NCBI GenBank assembly: GCA_965649825.1
Contig: OZ287718.1
Location: 62,001-126,000, forward strand
DNA from: Penicillus capitatus
Taxonomy: Eukaryota; Plantae; Chlorophyta
Length of the DNA: 64,000 bases
Reading direction: 5' to 3'
The position numbers and the translations under genes are program-made. Below, one piece after another: positions 12,237 to 25,550 of the stretch (position 1 is the stretch's first letter; every line of letters begins with the position of its first letter). Below the pieces are notes generated by a model. It did not search any database and had not been told where the DNA came from. It was given only the letters and a program-made list of their open reading frames with translations.

Positions 12237-14354
12237 ATGTATCTCTTCTGTATCATCTCTCTCTGCCTGGTGGCACTGGTTGTGCTCTATCTGCTCTGGC
12301 ACTATCCCAATGCTCAAACGACGGTCCTCGTCCGTTTCATCGTCGGTCTTGCCTGGTTTGGCAGTCTGTCCGTTCTCATTTTGGTACCAGTCGATGTCAA
12401 GCACGTTCTGATGAAAGGACATAAAGACAAGGAAGGCCTCTACGGTATGAGCACGGAGCTTCTGGGTTCTCTCTGGGCAGCTGTGTACTGGACGATGATT
12501 TCGTTCATTCTCTTAATTCTGCCCTTCCTGCAGAAGTACTCCGACTCGGGTGCTTTCTCCATACGGGATCGTTGCGAGTATGCCATTCGACGGAATGGGC
12601 AGTTGTTCGTGGCAGCCATGCTTGTGCTGCTGACAGGATTCCTTATGCTTTTCCTTGTCGAGCGAGAAGTAACATTCAGCAAATTCGTGGGATGGATCAT
12701 GGCCGTGCTCAATGCCTACGGTCTCATTGGTGCCATATGCTTGATGGGATACGGTTTGGTCGACATTCCTCGAAAACTATGGCTCAAAGCTAACCATACG
12801 GAGAGGCACACGTTTCTGTGCCAAACAGCTGGCATGCAGATCGAGCGCGCAGCTGAAGCACATCTCGAATTGTCCAGAGAGGTGAACAGCGTTCATCGAA
12901 TCAACGGACAGTTTGGTCAGGCAGATGCCATGCGACCGTACATGGACATCATTGTCAGTATGCTGGATCGAGTGCCGGGGTTCGAGCCACAGCAGACGGA
13001 GGAGGATGACGAAGACATCCAACTCGACACAAATACGCGTCAAGGACTTGGAATTCTCCGTCAGCGTCTCCGGAAAGGAATCGAAGGATACTACAGAGAG
13101 AGACAACGTTACTTGAGCATTGTCGCTGAGTATCTCCATCTTCATGAAACCATGCAGAATAAAGGTCGACGTGGTATGCCGTTTGTTTATCTGGACGATC
13201 GCAAAGTGTCGCTTGTGGGGCGTCACTGGGCATGGTGGTGGCGATGTTGCATCAAACCCATGAGCCAACGCATGCTGGCTTTGATCACTGGCGTCCTGTC
13301 TCTTCTCATTGTCTTGGCAGAGGTGACCATTGCCGATTACATTCCGAATCTCTCTGTCTTTGCTCAAGTACTGCAAGCTGTGGATTCCAATGAGGTTGCT
13401 CTCATCGCTGTGACATTTCTCATTCTTTTCTATGCTATGGCCTGCATGTATTACACCCTTGTCCGACTAGGGCGTTTCAGTTTCTATCGACTGGTACCAA
13501 AGCATACGGCTCCCTTCTCATTGGCGAGCAATGCGTTGCTCCTCTGTCGCTTTGTCTGTTCTCTGTGCTTCAATTTCTTTACAGCAGTGGCGCTGCCAAT
13601 CAAGGACGATACGAAAGAATCTGTCGAGCAGACAGAGTTCTGGGATACCATCGGGGAGAGGATCTCAGAGATGCCCGTTCTGGGAAAATACTTTACCACT
13701 TACATTCCTATTGTGATGCTGCCATACGTTCTGCTCATTGCTTTCAACGGTATCAACCGAGTGATGACATTCCTGGACCCAAAACTCAAGATCTCCTTTC
13801 GGGATGACCAGTACTTGGACATGAGTTCAAACTACGTCTCAAATGGCCGTCGGGTGATGAACCTGGAAGTTGAGTACTGCCAGAGGAAACTGGAACCTGG
13901 ACTCACATTAACAGAAGGCATGCGACTGGTCGGCGTCTCACGAACTGCGACCATCCTCGGCCCCGGATCTGCCGGATCACGTTCTGTGAGGGCACAGGGT
14001 TCAAGTGCCGGGCCTTCAGACACGCCTGGCTTGACTGGACGCACGACACCCGTGATGCTCTCGAACACACCGGGAACCATCACTTCGCCTTTCGATCTCC
14101 CCCACACCTCGCCCTTTCTTATCAAACGCAGTGCCAGTTTGGATGATCCGACGGCATCGAACCTTCATACTCCATTGATTCCTCCGACCCAGGTACAGCA
14201 TCAGACGCGTCGTAGTGCCCAGGACATCCGAATTTCGAATGTCTCTTGTGAATCACTGTCCAGAACGGGTACGGCAGAGAGGGAACGTTCGGGAACGGAT
14301 ACCCTTGTGAAGAGAATCAGCCGATTATTCCAATCGGGCAATGACGGAGTTTAA
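12237..14354 (+). CDS. LMBR1-like (LMBD2-type) multi-pass membrane protein, intronless, ~705 aa
   Basis: About 9 TM segments with LMBR1-family motifs (LVPVDV, ILPFLQKYSDSGAF, GYGLVDIPRKLW, SLASNALLLCRF). Confidence 0.9.
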   Translation: MYLFCIISLCLVALVVLYLLWHYPNAQTTVLVRFIVGLAWFGSLSVLILVPVDVKHVLMKGHKDKEGLYGMSTELLGSLWAAVYWTMISFILLILPFLQKYSDSGAFSIRDRCEYAIRRNGQLFVAAMLVLLTGFLMLFLVEREVTFSKFVGWIMAVLNAYGLIGAICLMGYGLVDIPRKLWLKANHTERHTFLCQTAGMQIERAAEAHLELSREVNSVHRINGQFGQADAMRPYMDIIVSMLDRVPGFEPQQTEEDDEDIQLDTNTRQGLGILRQRLRKGIEGYYRERQRYLSIVAEYLHLHETMQNKGRRGMPFVYLDDRKVSLVGRHWAWWWRCCIKPMSQRMLALITGVLSLLIVLAEVTIADYIPNLSVFAQVLQAVDSNEVALIAVTFLILFYAMACMYYTLVRLGRFSFYRLVPKHTAPFSLASNALLLCRFVCSLCFNFFTAVALPIKDDTKESVEQTEFWDTIGERISEMPVLGKYFTTYIPIVMLPYVLLIAFNGINRVMTFLDPKLKISFRDDQYLDMSSNYVSNGRRVMNLEVEYCQRKLEPGLTLTEGMRLVGVSRTATILGPGSAGSRSVRAQGSSAGPSDTPGLTGRTTPVMLSNTPGTITSPFDLPHTSPFLIKRSASLDDPTASNLHTPLIPPTQVQHQTRRSAQDIRISNVSCESLSRTGTAERERSGTDTLVKRISRLFQSGNDGV

Positions 14355-14440
14355 CGAAAAGGACGCGTTGAGAATTTGAACAGCCCGTCGCGAGCATTTT
14401 GTTCGTTTGTTTGGTTTTGGATAAACAGCCATAGTAACTG

Positions 14441-14469
14441 CAACAACAATGACAACAACACCAACAACG
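14441..14469. repeat. Imperfect (CAA)n microsatellite just upstream of the ZIP4 start
   Basis: caacaacaatgacaacaacaccaacaacg. Confidence 0.6.
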
Positions 14470-14484
14470 TCGACTCATCGATCA

Positions 14485-17400
14485 ATGACGCCGCCACCGC
14501 CGCCACTTGTCGATGTTATCGCCATCTGCGACGCATTCTTTAAAGGTGAAACCACAGGCGCTGAGGGATAAGGATCGACGGATGGTTGGACAGGACAAGA
14601 CGAGGATGAAGTGTCAATAGAGAAGATGGATCTCGCTGTCTCGACTCTTGTGTCGGATATCCACTCGCAACGCGCGCGTTACGGTTTCGACGCCTACGGT
14701 GCCATCTGGAACATCGTCGTGGATTTCTGGGTATCTTCGCCGAGACGTCAATTTCTGGCAGAGCGCATGAACGACGGGTGGCCAACAGGATCGATGCACC
14801 GTTGTTGGCTTGCCATCGGCAGGAGGTGACGAAGAGAAGGACGTCACGATGCACGAAACTCGCGCACGGCTCTTGGATCTGGCATGGTATATAAACGACA
14901 GAAGGGGCAACTCTGTGGATGATTTGCTTTTTCAGTTCATTGTGTCATATGATTCCTGATACGTATCAGGATGACGAAGTCCGAGTCGCCCGAATTCGCA
15001 TTGCGACGAAGGTAGCTATGGGCAAGGATGCTAGATGTCTTATCCATCGTGGCTTGTTCTTTGCGTGGCCAGACGGTTAAGGAATGGAGATTGTTGAATC
15101 GGTCACAAAAATCTGCATCTCTCCTGGCGTTTCTAGCAGGTGAAGTGCAGTATTTGAAGAAGCAGATGCAGACAGCTGCGGGCGAATACGACATGGAACA
15201 GTTGGCCATGTTGGTCACTGATATCGCACTGGAGAAGATTCTTATGATGATCATAACAACGGAGCATCCGGTAACGCACACAAGCAGAGAACTCTCTGAC
15301 ATTGGTAGACGTGGTGCATGGATGGATGCTGTAGTTGGAGAGCCTTCGAGAAATGGGGCGTGCTTGGATGCAAGAAGTGTTTGCGAATGAGGTTCTTCCG
15401 ACGGCAGTGGCCTGCGAACTCTGTTGTCACTTTGCCCAGACGTTGGTCCACTGCATTCATACGATGTCTTTTTCGAAGGTGTCTGCTCTTTTCCAATCCC
15501 CCTCTCATCATCTCGTCTGGACGTCCGTGCAGGAGGAGGAGGATCTAAACAACACTCAACGGGTCCTTCTGGCAGAAGCCTTATGCGAAATGCTGGACAC
15601 CGTCGTCGTTCAGAGATGGATGGACCAGGTGTCTCTTCGCAAGATGCATCGAGTTCAAAGACAGGTGGACAGCTTCCACACGGATGTCCCTTTCGACTTT
15701 CGCTGTGTACGCCAGGCACGGACACTTGCTTGTTTTCTTTGCCTTCAGAGTCAAAATGTTATATCTGCTGAACAGCACTTGATGCGGCTTAGTGAACACA
15801 CAAGGAACATTGACACATCCACGCTGACTCAGCAGGAGATCCAAACAGAGACAGTGTTGTCATATCGAGTGAGTGATCGAATAGTAGAGAGGGATTGTGT
15901 GATGTGACGTGTCAGGTTCTGCATCAACTCGGCAATATCGATGCAGCAGATGCGGCATTGATCCGACTCCTCTCTGATGAAGGGTCATCTGCAGATATAT
16001 GTCTACAGATCTTGGCAGATCATATGGATTCTTGCAAAAGGCCATCAGAGAGTCTCTGGTACGTCTGCTGTCAAAGACACTGTCGTCTCTGCATTCTTGG
16101 TGTCTATTAAGGACGGCATTGGCACTTGTCCAAGAGAGATTTGGCAGTGATGGTGATTTCCTGCTCCGCCTGGGTGGAGTTTTGCTCGACAGGGAGAACC
16201 CAGATGCTATCGAAGATGCACAGATTCTGCAGCTCCTGTCTTCTGAGAGAGCACGCACGAGCATCGTCTCGCCAGAACAGAAAACAGAGGCCTTCAGACT
16301 TCTGTGGAATCAAGGCGTCCACCATTTCCACAGAAAATCTTACAAGGCAGCTGGTAGTTACTTTGAGTCCTGCTACAGCTATGGCACACACAAACAGCTT
16401 GTCAAGACAGCTCGTTCCATGGCACTCTGTCTCGTTGGTGTCAAAGACTATTCAAGGTCTGATGCCTGCCCTCTACTGGAAGACATCTTTCTGCGTCAGG
16501 GCCCTTGAATGGATATCTCTGTGCCAGTCGATCCCTGGATCTACAATCGAGATGACGGATCTTTTCATTCACTATAAACTGGCACTGCTGCAGCTGGAGG
16601 ACGATGATGCTGTGGGCATCCTGAATCGACTGACTGCTTGTCCACGCTGCACTCCAGATCTTCTCAAAGTCGATAAGAAACAGCCTATCCACTGTCCATT
16701 CGAGATTTCTGTTTCAGATGGCTTGTCAGGAAGCGTTGGCTAATCAGAAGTACAGTGTTGCCACACGAGCTTTGTTGCAGTTGCACGATCGCATGAAAAA
16801 GGAGACAGTGGAGGACATTACTGAGGCACTGGTTCTGCGTCTCCTCATCAAATCCATCCTCCAAAGCAGACTATCTGAAAATAACAGCACTAGTAAGCAC
16901 TAGTACCATGCATCATTAGCAATGGAGGCGGTTCTTTCTGTCTATCCAGACGCTGCCAGTTGGGAAGAGACGGCAAAAGAGATCGTTGCGCACTTCGAGC
17001 ACGTTCTGGAGAGGTTGGATGCCGTTGGATTTGATGTATTCTTTGGCGGTAGTACAGGAAGCACCGTTCTGTCTGAAATGGAGTGGTTTTCAGATCAGGC
17101 ATGGAACACAGCCATCACTGCGTCCAAGGCACATCACACTTTATTGTTTGCGTAAAATATGAGTGAGCTGGGTGTGATCAGATGATGGATCAGAAATCTG
17201 CCTCCATTCTCTTCTCGGCATCGGCAATTCTGTTGTCCTTCTGTCCGGAACCCAGTCTCCATCACAGAACACAGAGAAAAGCAGGAAGCATCTACGGAAT
17301 GGCTGATATCTGTTGGCTGTTCTGTGACAGATTGCTTATCTCAGAGGCGCTGCAGCCGCACTGGCAGATCACGGTGTTTGCCCAGATGCTTCTCTGGACG

Positions 17401-18236
17401 ATGCTCGCGATATGCTCAAGTGTGCCAAGTCGATGGGACAGACAGAGCACCCGGAAATAGCGAGACTCCTTCTGTGGGTGGTCCGTTTGCTGTCCATCGC
17501 CACACGATAGCGCAAGTCTTCTTCTTTTGGTCCAGGAATTTGGATTGGCTCATCGAATGCAGCAGAAACAGACACAGACAAAAATCCTTGAAAGATGTCG
17601 AAGCTCAGAGCATTGCAGTGGACACGACGTTCTTTGTATGGCATCCCTCATCAAAAGTAAGCAATTTGCTCCTGATATGGAGGCTAATGATGAAATGCCT
17701 CTGATGGGAAGATGGTCCAAACAACGGCGGCAGTAAGGACAGGGACAGTCAACTCTATGTTCAGTCTCTCTCAATTGCACTGGAGAAACTGTCGAATAAG
17801 GTTCCACTGCCACTGGATCGTATCTCTGCTGTACGCTCGATGTTCGCCTCTCGGGTGATCCTATGCACTTGTGCTGTTCCTTCAGGTTCGCCGAGCATTG
17901 ATTCAAACATCTTCAGACGCCACTGAGAAGCTGAAGGCTTACCGAGAAGCATTGAGAATGTTGACGTTGCACAGATCTCGGTCCGCAGTGATTCCAGATG
18001 GAGAAATCCGTTGGCTGGTGACGAGTTGTTGGAACATAGGTCGAACCAAAACTGTTTGCAGTGACGTCCGTGCCTGAACGATGTGTATAGGTTGCCATCA
18101 TGCACGATTCCAAAGATACGAGCATGCCAAGGAACACATGACCGTGGCCATCGAACTTGTCGAACACTGTCCAGAAATGCAGGAGAAGAGGCATACGATG
18201 GTTGAGAATATGCAAAAGTTTCAACTAGATGGTTAG
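14485..18236 (+). CDS. ZIP4: Meiotic TPR protein ZIP4/SPO22/TEX11-like, about 15 introns (two GC-AG)
   Basis: Helical TPR-like exons with FRLLWNQGVHHFHRKSYKAAGSYF, EMEWFSDQAWNTA and RWLVTSCWNIG, a pattern characteristic of SPO22/ZIP4. Confidence 0.75.
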
Positions 18237-18486
18237 GGACATCACGATCACAGATTCCATCTCCCTTTCCTCGAGGAATTGCATGCCCACGGAGGTCGTC
18301 GTTCTTGTCTCGTTGACTCCATTTGACGTCTTTGGCACAAAATGACTCCTCAACGAACAGACAGATGTGTTTGTAAGATGATGTGTGTGTTTGGGATGAT
18401 GCATGCACATCATCCTGTTCTGTTGACTGGTCAATAGTCGGAATCATCAGAATTGTGTCCAGCAGAAAACACTTGGTCTGTACAAC

Positions 18487-19399
18487 ATGCTGCGCGTTGA
18501 GGATGCCCAAGTGATTCTAGCTGCCTCCTTGCAATGAAAGCAGAAAGTGAAGGCGTCAGTGCACACTGAAGACGGTGCTTCTTGGCAACAAGGATGTCGG
18601 CAAAAGCAGCATCATCCACAAACTCTGCTCGTATGCCAAGTTATCCTGCGAACTGTCCAGTCCATGACCTTTGCTTACTGCAGACGAGAACTGGGAACAT
18701 TCGACCAACAATGCTCTGCTGAGTACACAGAAAAGGACCTCTATATCGAATCCCTAAAAGAAAGTGTACGATTGATGATCTGGGATACACCAGGGGACAT
18801 GACGGATAGTACAGTGCCCAAAAAGACGATTCGAGGTGATCCATGTTTTCAATCGAGCAGAGCACAGACACCACGATCTCTTCAGGAGTACACGCGGCAA
18901 TTCTGGTCTTCTCCACAGTGGATCGAGAATCTTTCAAAGACATTCGCAAGTGGAAGAACGTTTTGATGGCCGAATGCCGAGATGCCTTCATTGTCTTGGT
19001 CCAGAACAAGATCGATCTGATAGATCAGGTGCACTTTGTCCAATGCAGCCGACAGTGCGATTCTTTTCCACAAGAGCGATGTGGCGCCCGAGGAGGCTGA
19101 GGCATTGGCAACGAATATGGGAGTGCGATTCTATAGGTCTTCGGCAAAGGAGGGATTCAACATCACGGAACGTAAGCACGTGATCATCTCCATCCGTGTT
19201 TGATCTGATGGTGGTGGTGTTGTGGCTCACAGCATTTGCGTATCTGGCAGAGAGACACTTGCTGAGAGAAAGAAACTCGATTGTGAGGACAAGAATCAAA
19301 GAACTGCAAACATGCTCGATATCATCGGCATCACGGCCAGCTTTCTCGAAGAAAGAACGAAGACAGAGTGAGGGAGCGTCGTCCTGTCGAATGACATAG
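18487..19399 (+). CDS. RAB23: Rab23-like small GTPase with divergent switch regions and C-terminal CRMT prenylation motif
   Basis: MLRVEDAQ|CTLKTVLLGNKDVGKSS; ILVFSTVDRESF, LVQNKIDL and EAEALA...RFYRSSAK closely follow the Rab23 consensus. Confidence 0.8.
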
Positions 19400-19439
19400 T
19401 TCTCTGTGGAGGACAGCATCTACATCTTAAGTATTCGTG

Positions 19440-20096
19440 TCATTTGGGAATGTGTCTGTCGATTCTGCTCTTGTAATCCACCCAGTCTTCCAACGTGTTG
19501 CTGAATTGGGCGATAAGTCGATCGATATCGACATCTTCCAGTTCTTTTGCATCGCCATAGGATACCTGTATGCGTGTGCATTGGACATGAGTGTCCCTAT
19601 GTTTGCGCACCAAGGCTGCTCGGAGTGCTCCCTTTGAGATGCACCCTTTAGGAGCATTGCTCTCGGCAAATATGCGAAAGGCACGCTGTGCGTCTTCGTT
19701 GGTGTACGCCATCGTCCGTGACCTGCCAATTACCTCCAACAATGCACACTCCCTCTCATCAGGGACAATTCGATGCAGAAGCAATGCCATACTTCGATGA
19801 ATTCCTCGAAACTGACATGGCCATCATGATTGGCATCGATTTCGGCTAGAATCTCCGCCGATGTTTCCTCACTGCCATCGGGCTTGATGAGATCGATGAG
19901 ATATCGGATCTGCATGACGACATACACAGATGGTATTCTTGTCCGAATCTGACTCAATCACCGAACAAACCTCGTCAAGTGAAACGGAGCCATTTCGGTC
20001 GCGATCCAAGAAATCAAACACTTCTCTCAGCTGTGCATAAGACTCAGGATCGAAGCCGTGGGCATTGACGTCCAAAGTGTTCATCTGGGTTCCCAT
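19440..20096 (-). CDS. Calmodulin-like EF-hand protein
   Basis: EF-hands DRDRNGSVSLDE and DANHDGHVSFEEF; C-lobe EF-hands degenerate; 3 GT-AG introns. Confidence 0.85.
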
Positions 20097-20151
20097 GTTT
20101 AACGATACGAGATGAATTGAATGTGTGCGTTATCTGAAACGCGAGTCCGGG

Positions 20152-22515
20152 ATGTATAGAAGTGCGTGTGTGCGCGTGCCCATCCGGCATTGGCAATTCC
20201 TCACACGTTGCTATTACGTGAATGAGTGGGCACGCAAAGATCCCGATCTCGAAGTAAGCCAATAGATGTTGGAGATGCCCCTCCTTTCTGCAAATTTCTG
20301 TCGACTATCAGTTGCCAGATGGACAGAAGTGGCCTGACAAGCTACACGAAGAAAAGGTCCTCAAATCCATCCACATATGTCATGATCTAAGTTTTCGGTT
20401 TCCTGTTAGTACGACGACCTAATGCACAACTTAAGAAGTCGCGGAGAGGTCACCGATGCGCTCCTGACTCGCCCTATCACTCTTTTCTGATGGTGTGACT
20501 AGGGATCCGCAGATGATCTGGACTTTTCTTCGTCCTGGCAACAGCCATACGTGCATGAAGCAGACACACCTGTGAGGAGTCTTGTCTGATACTCCCTGCA
20601 GGAGTGTTGTTTCCTATGTTCTCAGGATCAGGTGGAGGGAATACCTATAGATATTTTTCACGATCTACGAAAGAAAACCAACGAGAAAAAAGAGATTCAC
20701 TATCCCTTTGCGTCCTTCGATCACTATCTCCCTGGACATCGATCTAGAAAGCGTGACGAAGATGTATCCGCGTTGTCTGCTGAAAATGTGGACCGCATAC
20801 GCAAGATCGCAGATCTGCTGTCACATCTCTCCGCCACTTCGAAGATCAAAAACATTCTCGAAGAGCTGTGCTTGGAGAGAAAGGATTTTGAAGATGTTCT
20901 CTATGAACTGGAATACCAAGGTCGTCGAGATGTGGTCCTCTGTGCTTTGCACTTCTGTCCTGCATCCATCCGCAAGGACATGTCGCATACATTCTGCGAT
21001 GATTTCATGAATGTCCTTATCCGCAATAGATGCCCAATCTATCACCTTGTCCAGATTAAGCAGTTTTTTGAGAGCTGTCAGTGGAAGGCGACACTTCCTC
21101 TGTTGTATCATTTGGCTCAGCTGAGCATTGCAGAAAACGATGTCAATGTGGCACTGAAGTTTGTCCGATCCAGTGACGAAGTTGTTTCCGATACTGCTGC
21201 GTTCAATCGCTTCATCGAGGCATCGATTTCGGTCAACAAATTGGATCAAGCGTTCAGACTGTTCCACGAAATGCAGAAACGGTCGGTGCCAAAGGATGTG
21301 CATACCTATGCCCTATTAATGACGTGCTGCTATCGGCAATATGACAGTGCGGCATTGTTCGATTTTCTGTCCAAGATGAAAGAGGATAACGTCAAACCAG
21401 ATCTCTATATCTACAATCTCTGCATACGTGGCTGCGAACAGCAGAATGATCTAGAGATGGCGCTGATAATACATGAGGAGATGAGGGATACCTACAAGAT
21501 AAAGCCAAACACCAAGACATTCAGTATTCTCATTCAGCTCTGCGGTCGAAATGGCCGTCTGATGAAGATCATGGAATTGCTCGAGGAATTGAAGGCGTCT
21601 GGGCAGAAGATGAGTACACTGACGATGAATGGCCTGCTTCAAGCTTGTACAAAATCAGGAGATCCCCAAAGAGCGCTGTCTTTTTTCGAGGAGTTGAGAG
21701 ACGAAAATGGGATTCGGCCCGATGGTCACACATATGCGATTCTCTTTCAAGCCTGCGGTGCCATCCAGGATCTGCCGAGGACACTGACTCTGCTGAGACA
21801 GATGAAACGCATTGGCCTGCGGATAGATGAAGTGGCATACACGTCTGCCATCGAGGTCTGTGCTTCGTGTGGGGATGCGCAGACTGCAGTGCTGCTGCTT
21901 CATGAGATGGAAATGGACAATGTGCGTCCGAATCTTGTGACAAGAGATGCACTGATCCGCACCTGCGTTTGCACAGCAAAGGAACCATCCAGCGTCGTTT
22001 TGCTGGAAGAAGTGAAGCGCTGTGGATTTGAAGTGGATGTGCATATGTACAATGCCATCATGAACGGCTGTGCCTCTCTTGGGGATTTGACCAATACGGT
22101 GAAATGGAGGAAGCATATGACCGAAGACCATCTTGCTGCGAACTCTGAGACATATACGATTCTCATAAAGGCAGCAACAAAATGTGCAGATTTCGCCGCC
22201 GCCACACAATTCCTTAAGGAGTTTGAAGAATCTGGCCTCCCTTTATCGATTCGCCCATACAACGCCTATCTTGTTGCCTGTCTGCGATGCCATTCTTCCG
22301 TAGAAGCGCACAAAACATTTACACGTTTGAGGTTCCATGCAAAGGCAGGCAAGAATGGTGTTCAGCCTAACATCATGACATACAATACCATGATCAGGTC
22401 AGCACTGGATGCTGGGAGAATAGACGAGGCACGCACTCTTTTTGAAGAAATTGAACTGAGAGGACTCAAATACGACAACATTACAAATCGGCTTCTCGAA
22501 AGAGCGTCTCTGTAA
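20152..22515 (+). CDS. P-class pentatricopeptide repeat (PPR) protein, probable organelle-targeting presequence
   Basis: Tandem 35-aa repeats (DVHTYALLMTCC, PDLYIYNLCI, PNTKTFSILI, PDGHTYAILF, PNIMTYNTMI). Four short 5' exons from ATG 20152 join a 627-codon exon. Confidence 0.9.
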
Positions 22516-22762
22516 CAACACATGTCGCAGGATGGTGGATGATAGCGATGGGCCTAAGATATACAAGCACGATCACACATGGAGTAAAGTTGTTTAGTTC
22601 TTGTCTCGATCCCAATATCTAGGAAGATGGACAATATAACTCAGAAACGACGCTGTGAGCCACGATGCATAATACAGAACAGGATTGCGCTCGATGCATA
22701 AAGGAAAACAAACAATCCCACAAGGTTCCTTCTAATGTCGTACGTTCACCCGATCATTCTAG

Positions 22763-25025
22763 TTAACGGCGTTGATACTTGATGAACATCATGGCCAAGA
22801 ATGTCAGGCCGAAATAGACACCGGCGAATACGTACACCCATGCCATATAGAATGCTGTTGTGCGTGGGATATCGTAGTAGTCCAGAATCGTCCGTGTCTC
22901 ATTGGCTCCCAAGGTGACATAGATGTTTTCAGACGCGTCAGGATCCGGAAACTCCTCCGACATGAGAGCATTCCATGCGTAGTAAGGAAAAGCGAGTTTG
23001 GAGTACCAACGAATCCACGAAGGAATGTTCTCTGTACGGATGAAGAATCCTGCCATAAAAATGGTGGTGCTGAGATATCCAGGAAGTGCGGCATTGGCTA
23101 CAGCGAGATTGGGTGAGATGGCACCACAGAGATAGCCACACATGATGCCATTGAGCAAGACGCCAAAATAGACCATGGCAAAGATGATGTAGGAGGAATG
23201 GATGCCGGTGACTGCCCTCAGAATGGCTCCCAATACCAGACTCGTCACAAACGCCACAGCAGTCTCATCGATCATCTTACTGATCAGGTAAACGATGACA
23301 CGATAGAGCCCATCATTGCGTTCTCGATAGTAGAGGGCACGCTCTTGAACGATTTCTGGAATGTATGCAGTTGCTCCAAAAGCAGGAAAGATGACCCAGA
23401 CAAACATCAGAGCGGAAATGTCAATGAAATCACGATGCGGGTTGTCGCCAATGTTGCTGAACAAGATAGCAACGATGATCATGACAACGATCTTGTCGCC
23501 TGTGCGACTGAGGATAAATTCCAGGCTGCGCAGATTACTCCATGTGCGAAACTGCCAGCCAAACAGCCAATCACTCTTTCAGTCGATCCCAATGTGTCTG
23601 TTGTGCACCTTGATGAGTGTGCGCAGGGCAGACCAGGAAGGTGCAACAGTTTCTTTGGTGACAGCCAACGCTGCCTTCGTCTGTTCATCCAATTCCGTCG
23701 GATCATTCAAGTGGTGATCGACCACCTGCAGCGTGGACTGGAGAACAGATGCGTGAGTGACTCGAGAATTTGATCAGAAACGATCGGAGTAGAGATGCAC
23801 ACACTTTTTTCAATTCGGACTGGTCAAACTGCAGTGCCAGTTGTGGTGCTCTCCCTTCGAGATCTGCCTTCACCACGATATCAATCAACCACTCCGCTTC
23901 GTTTTCGGCATCGTCCATGTTGTGGTCTGCGCCCTGTGTCTCAAAGTATGGTACAGCGTCGACTGAAATGCCATCTGTGTTATTAGAGTGACAAAGTGTG
24001 AGGAACCTTGCCTCTGCGACCGAAGAATGTCACGTGGCCCTTTACCAACATCATTACTCGATCAAACAGTCGAAAGGCCTTCATCGAAGGAGAGTGGATC
24101 GTTGCACAGATGGTCACGTTGTCTTCTGTTGCCAATAGTTTCACCACACGAATAACCTGTCTCACTCTTTTCACTCAATCGAAACCCCTTCACGCGTTAC
24201 TTCGTTAGAAGTGGCAGAATCTAAGCCAGATGTTGGCTCATCGAGAAACAAGATCTTTGGATGGGTAACGAGCGCAATGCCAATGTTCACACGCTTTGCC
24301 TGGCCACCAGAGATGCCACGAGACAGGGCGGTACCGATCTTGGTGTCTCGGCACTTTTCAAGGGCGAGCTTTTTAATCAGTCTCCGCACCTCTTCCTTTT
24401 TTCTCGACAGGGGCTCTGTGATAGGTCTCTGTAACAGAGACATGCGATTTATTGCGTTTGGCAAAGAGATTGCATGAAACCTTGAGCTCTGCTGTATACT
24501 GAAGCATCTCTTGAACGGTCAGATTTCCGATCAACGTGTCGAACTGCTCTACATAACCTGTGAAGCGTCGAATGAATGTCGTTGTCGCTTTGTTGGCCGA
24601 AAAGAGAAGGGTCCCGTTGATTGTTCCCTGTGTCTTACGCCCAGCCAATACATCTAATAGCGTACTCTTGCCTAGATAACAGCAGGAGGCCTTTTATTCG
24701 ACGTCTATCATACCGTCCGTCTACCTGAGCCACTGGGACCCATCTGTGTCACGGCATACGTGTGTTAGCATGGATCAAAGACAAATGGAGGACGCACCAG
24801 TGCTGTCATTTCACCAGGGTCAAGGTATCCTGTCACCTTGGTTAGAAGATTGACCATGGAGCCCTTTTCTTCACGGTGAGGGACGGAGTAATCCAAATTC
24901 TGAATACAGAAACTGGTGTCATTGCCCGCAATGACGGATCTTGGAAGATGCACTTTAAAGGCTATATTCATGCCATGTCTCACACGCCTCTCTTCATTAC
25001 CATTCATCGAGACGGAGCTGGTCAT
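22763..25025 (-). CDS. ABCG (white-type) half transporter, NBD-TMD; includes a 19-nt microexon and a GC-AG intron
   Basis: Walker A MGPSGS|GKSTLL, signature ISGGQAKR, Walker B LFLDEPTSGLDS, H-loop TIHSP, 6-TM ABC2 domain. Confidence 0.95.
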
Positions 25026-25550
25026 TGCCTGTGAGGTATGGAGACCTTTCTGGATAGAAAAGTGAACAGACGCGCGATGTTTAAACCGAAGTATGGATTG
25101 CTGTTGAATAGCGACGTCGGGCAACTGAGATTCAGAGCCTTCACCGTGATCTGTTATCGAAAGAATCAAAACGAGAAACGACAAGAGCCGTTTTGTTGCC
25201 TGCCTGACTGTCGGATTCTCGGTGACACCTCTCGATCGCATTAGCTATGGACCAAGTCCCATCAAAATGTGTCAGGCATCGAGACGACCATGAAGTTCGT
25301 ATCTTTTACGCTGAATTGTATTCGTCACGCCCGAGACAGAGAAATTTTGATAATATGCGACCCACATGGGTGCACGGCAAATGGTAATTAAATGATCTGA
25401 GACATTCACAAATCAAGCAAGTGGTCTAAAAAGAAGGGCACTGACTTGGACGACGTCCACTATTTTACTTTTGTTTATTGAGGGATAAAGTGGAAATTCT
25501 TGATCGGCCATAACGTGGCCATTGTCTTGTTCTGTCTGTTATGATCGCCT

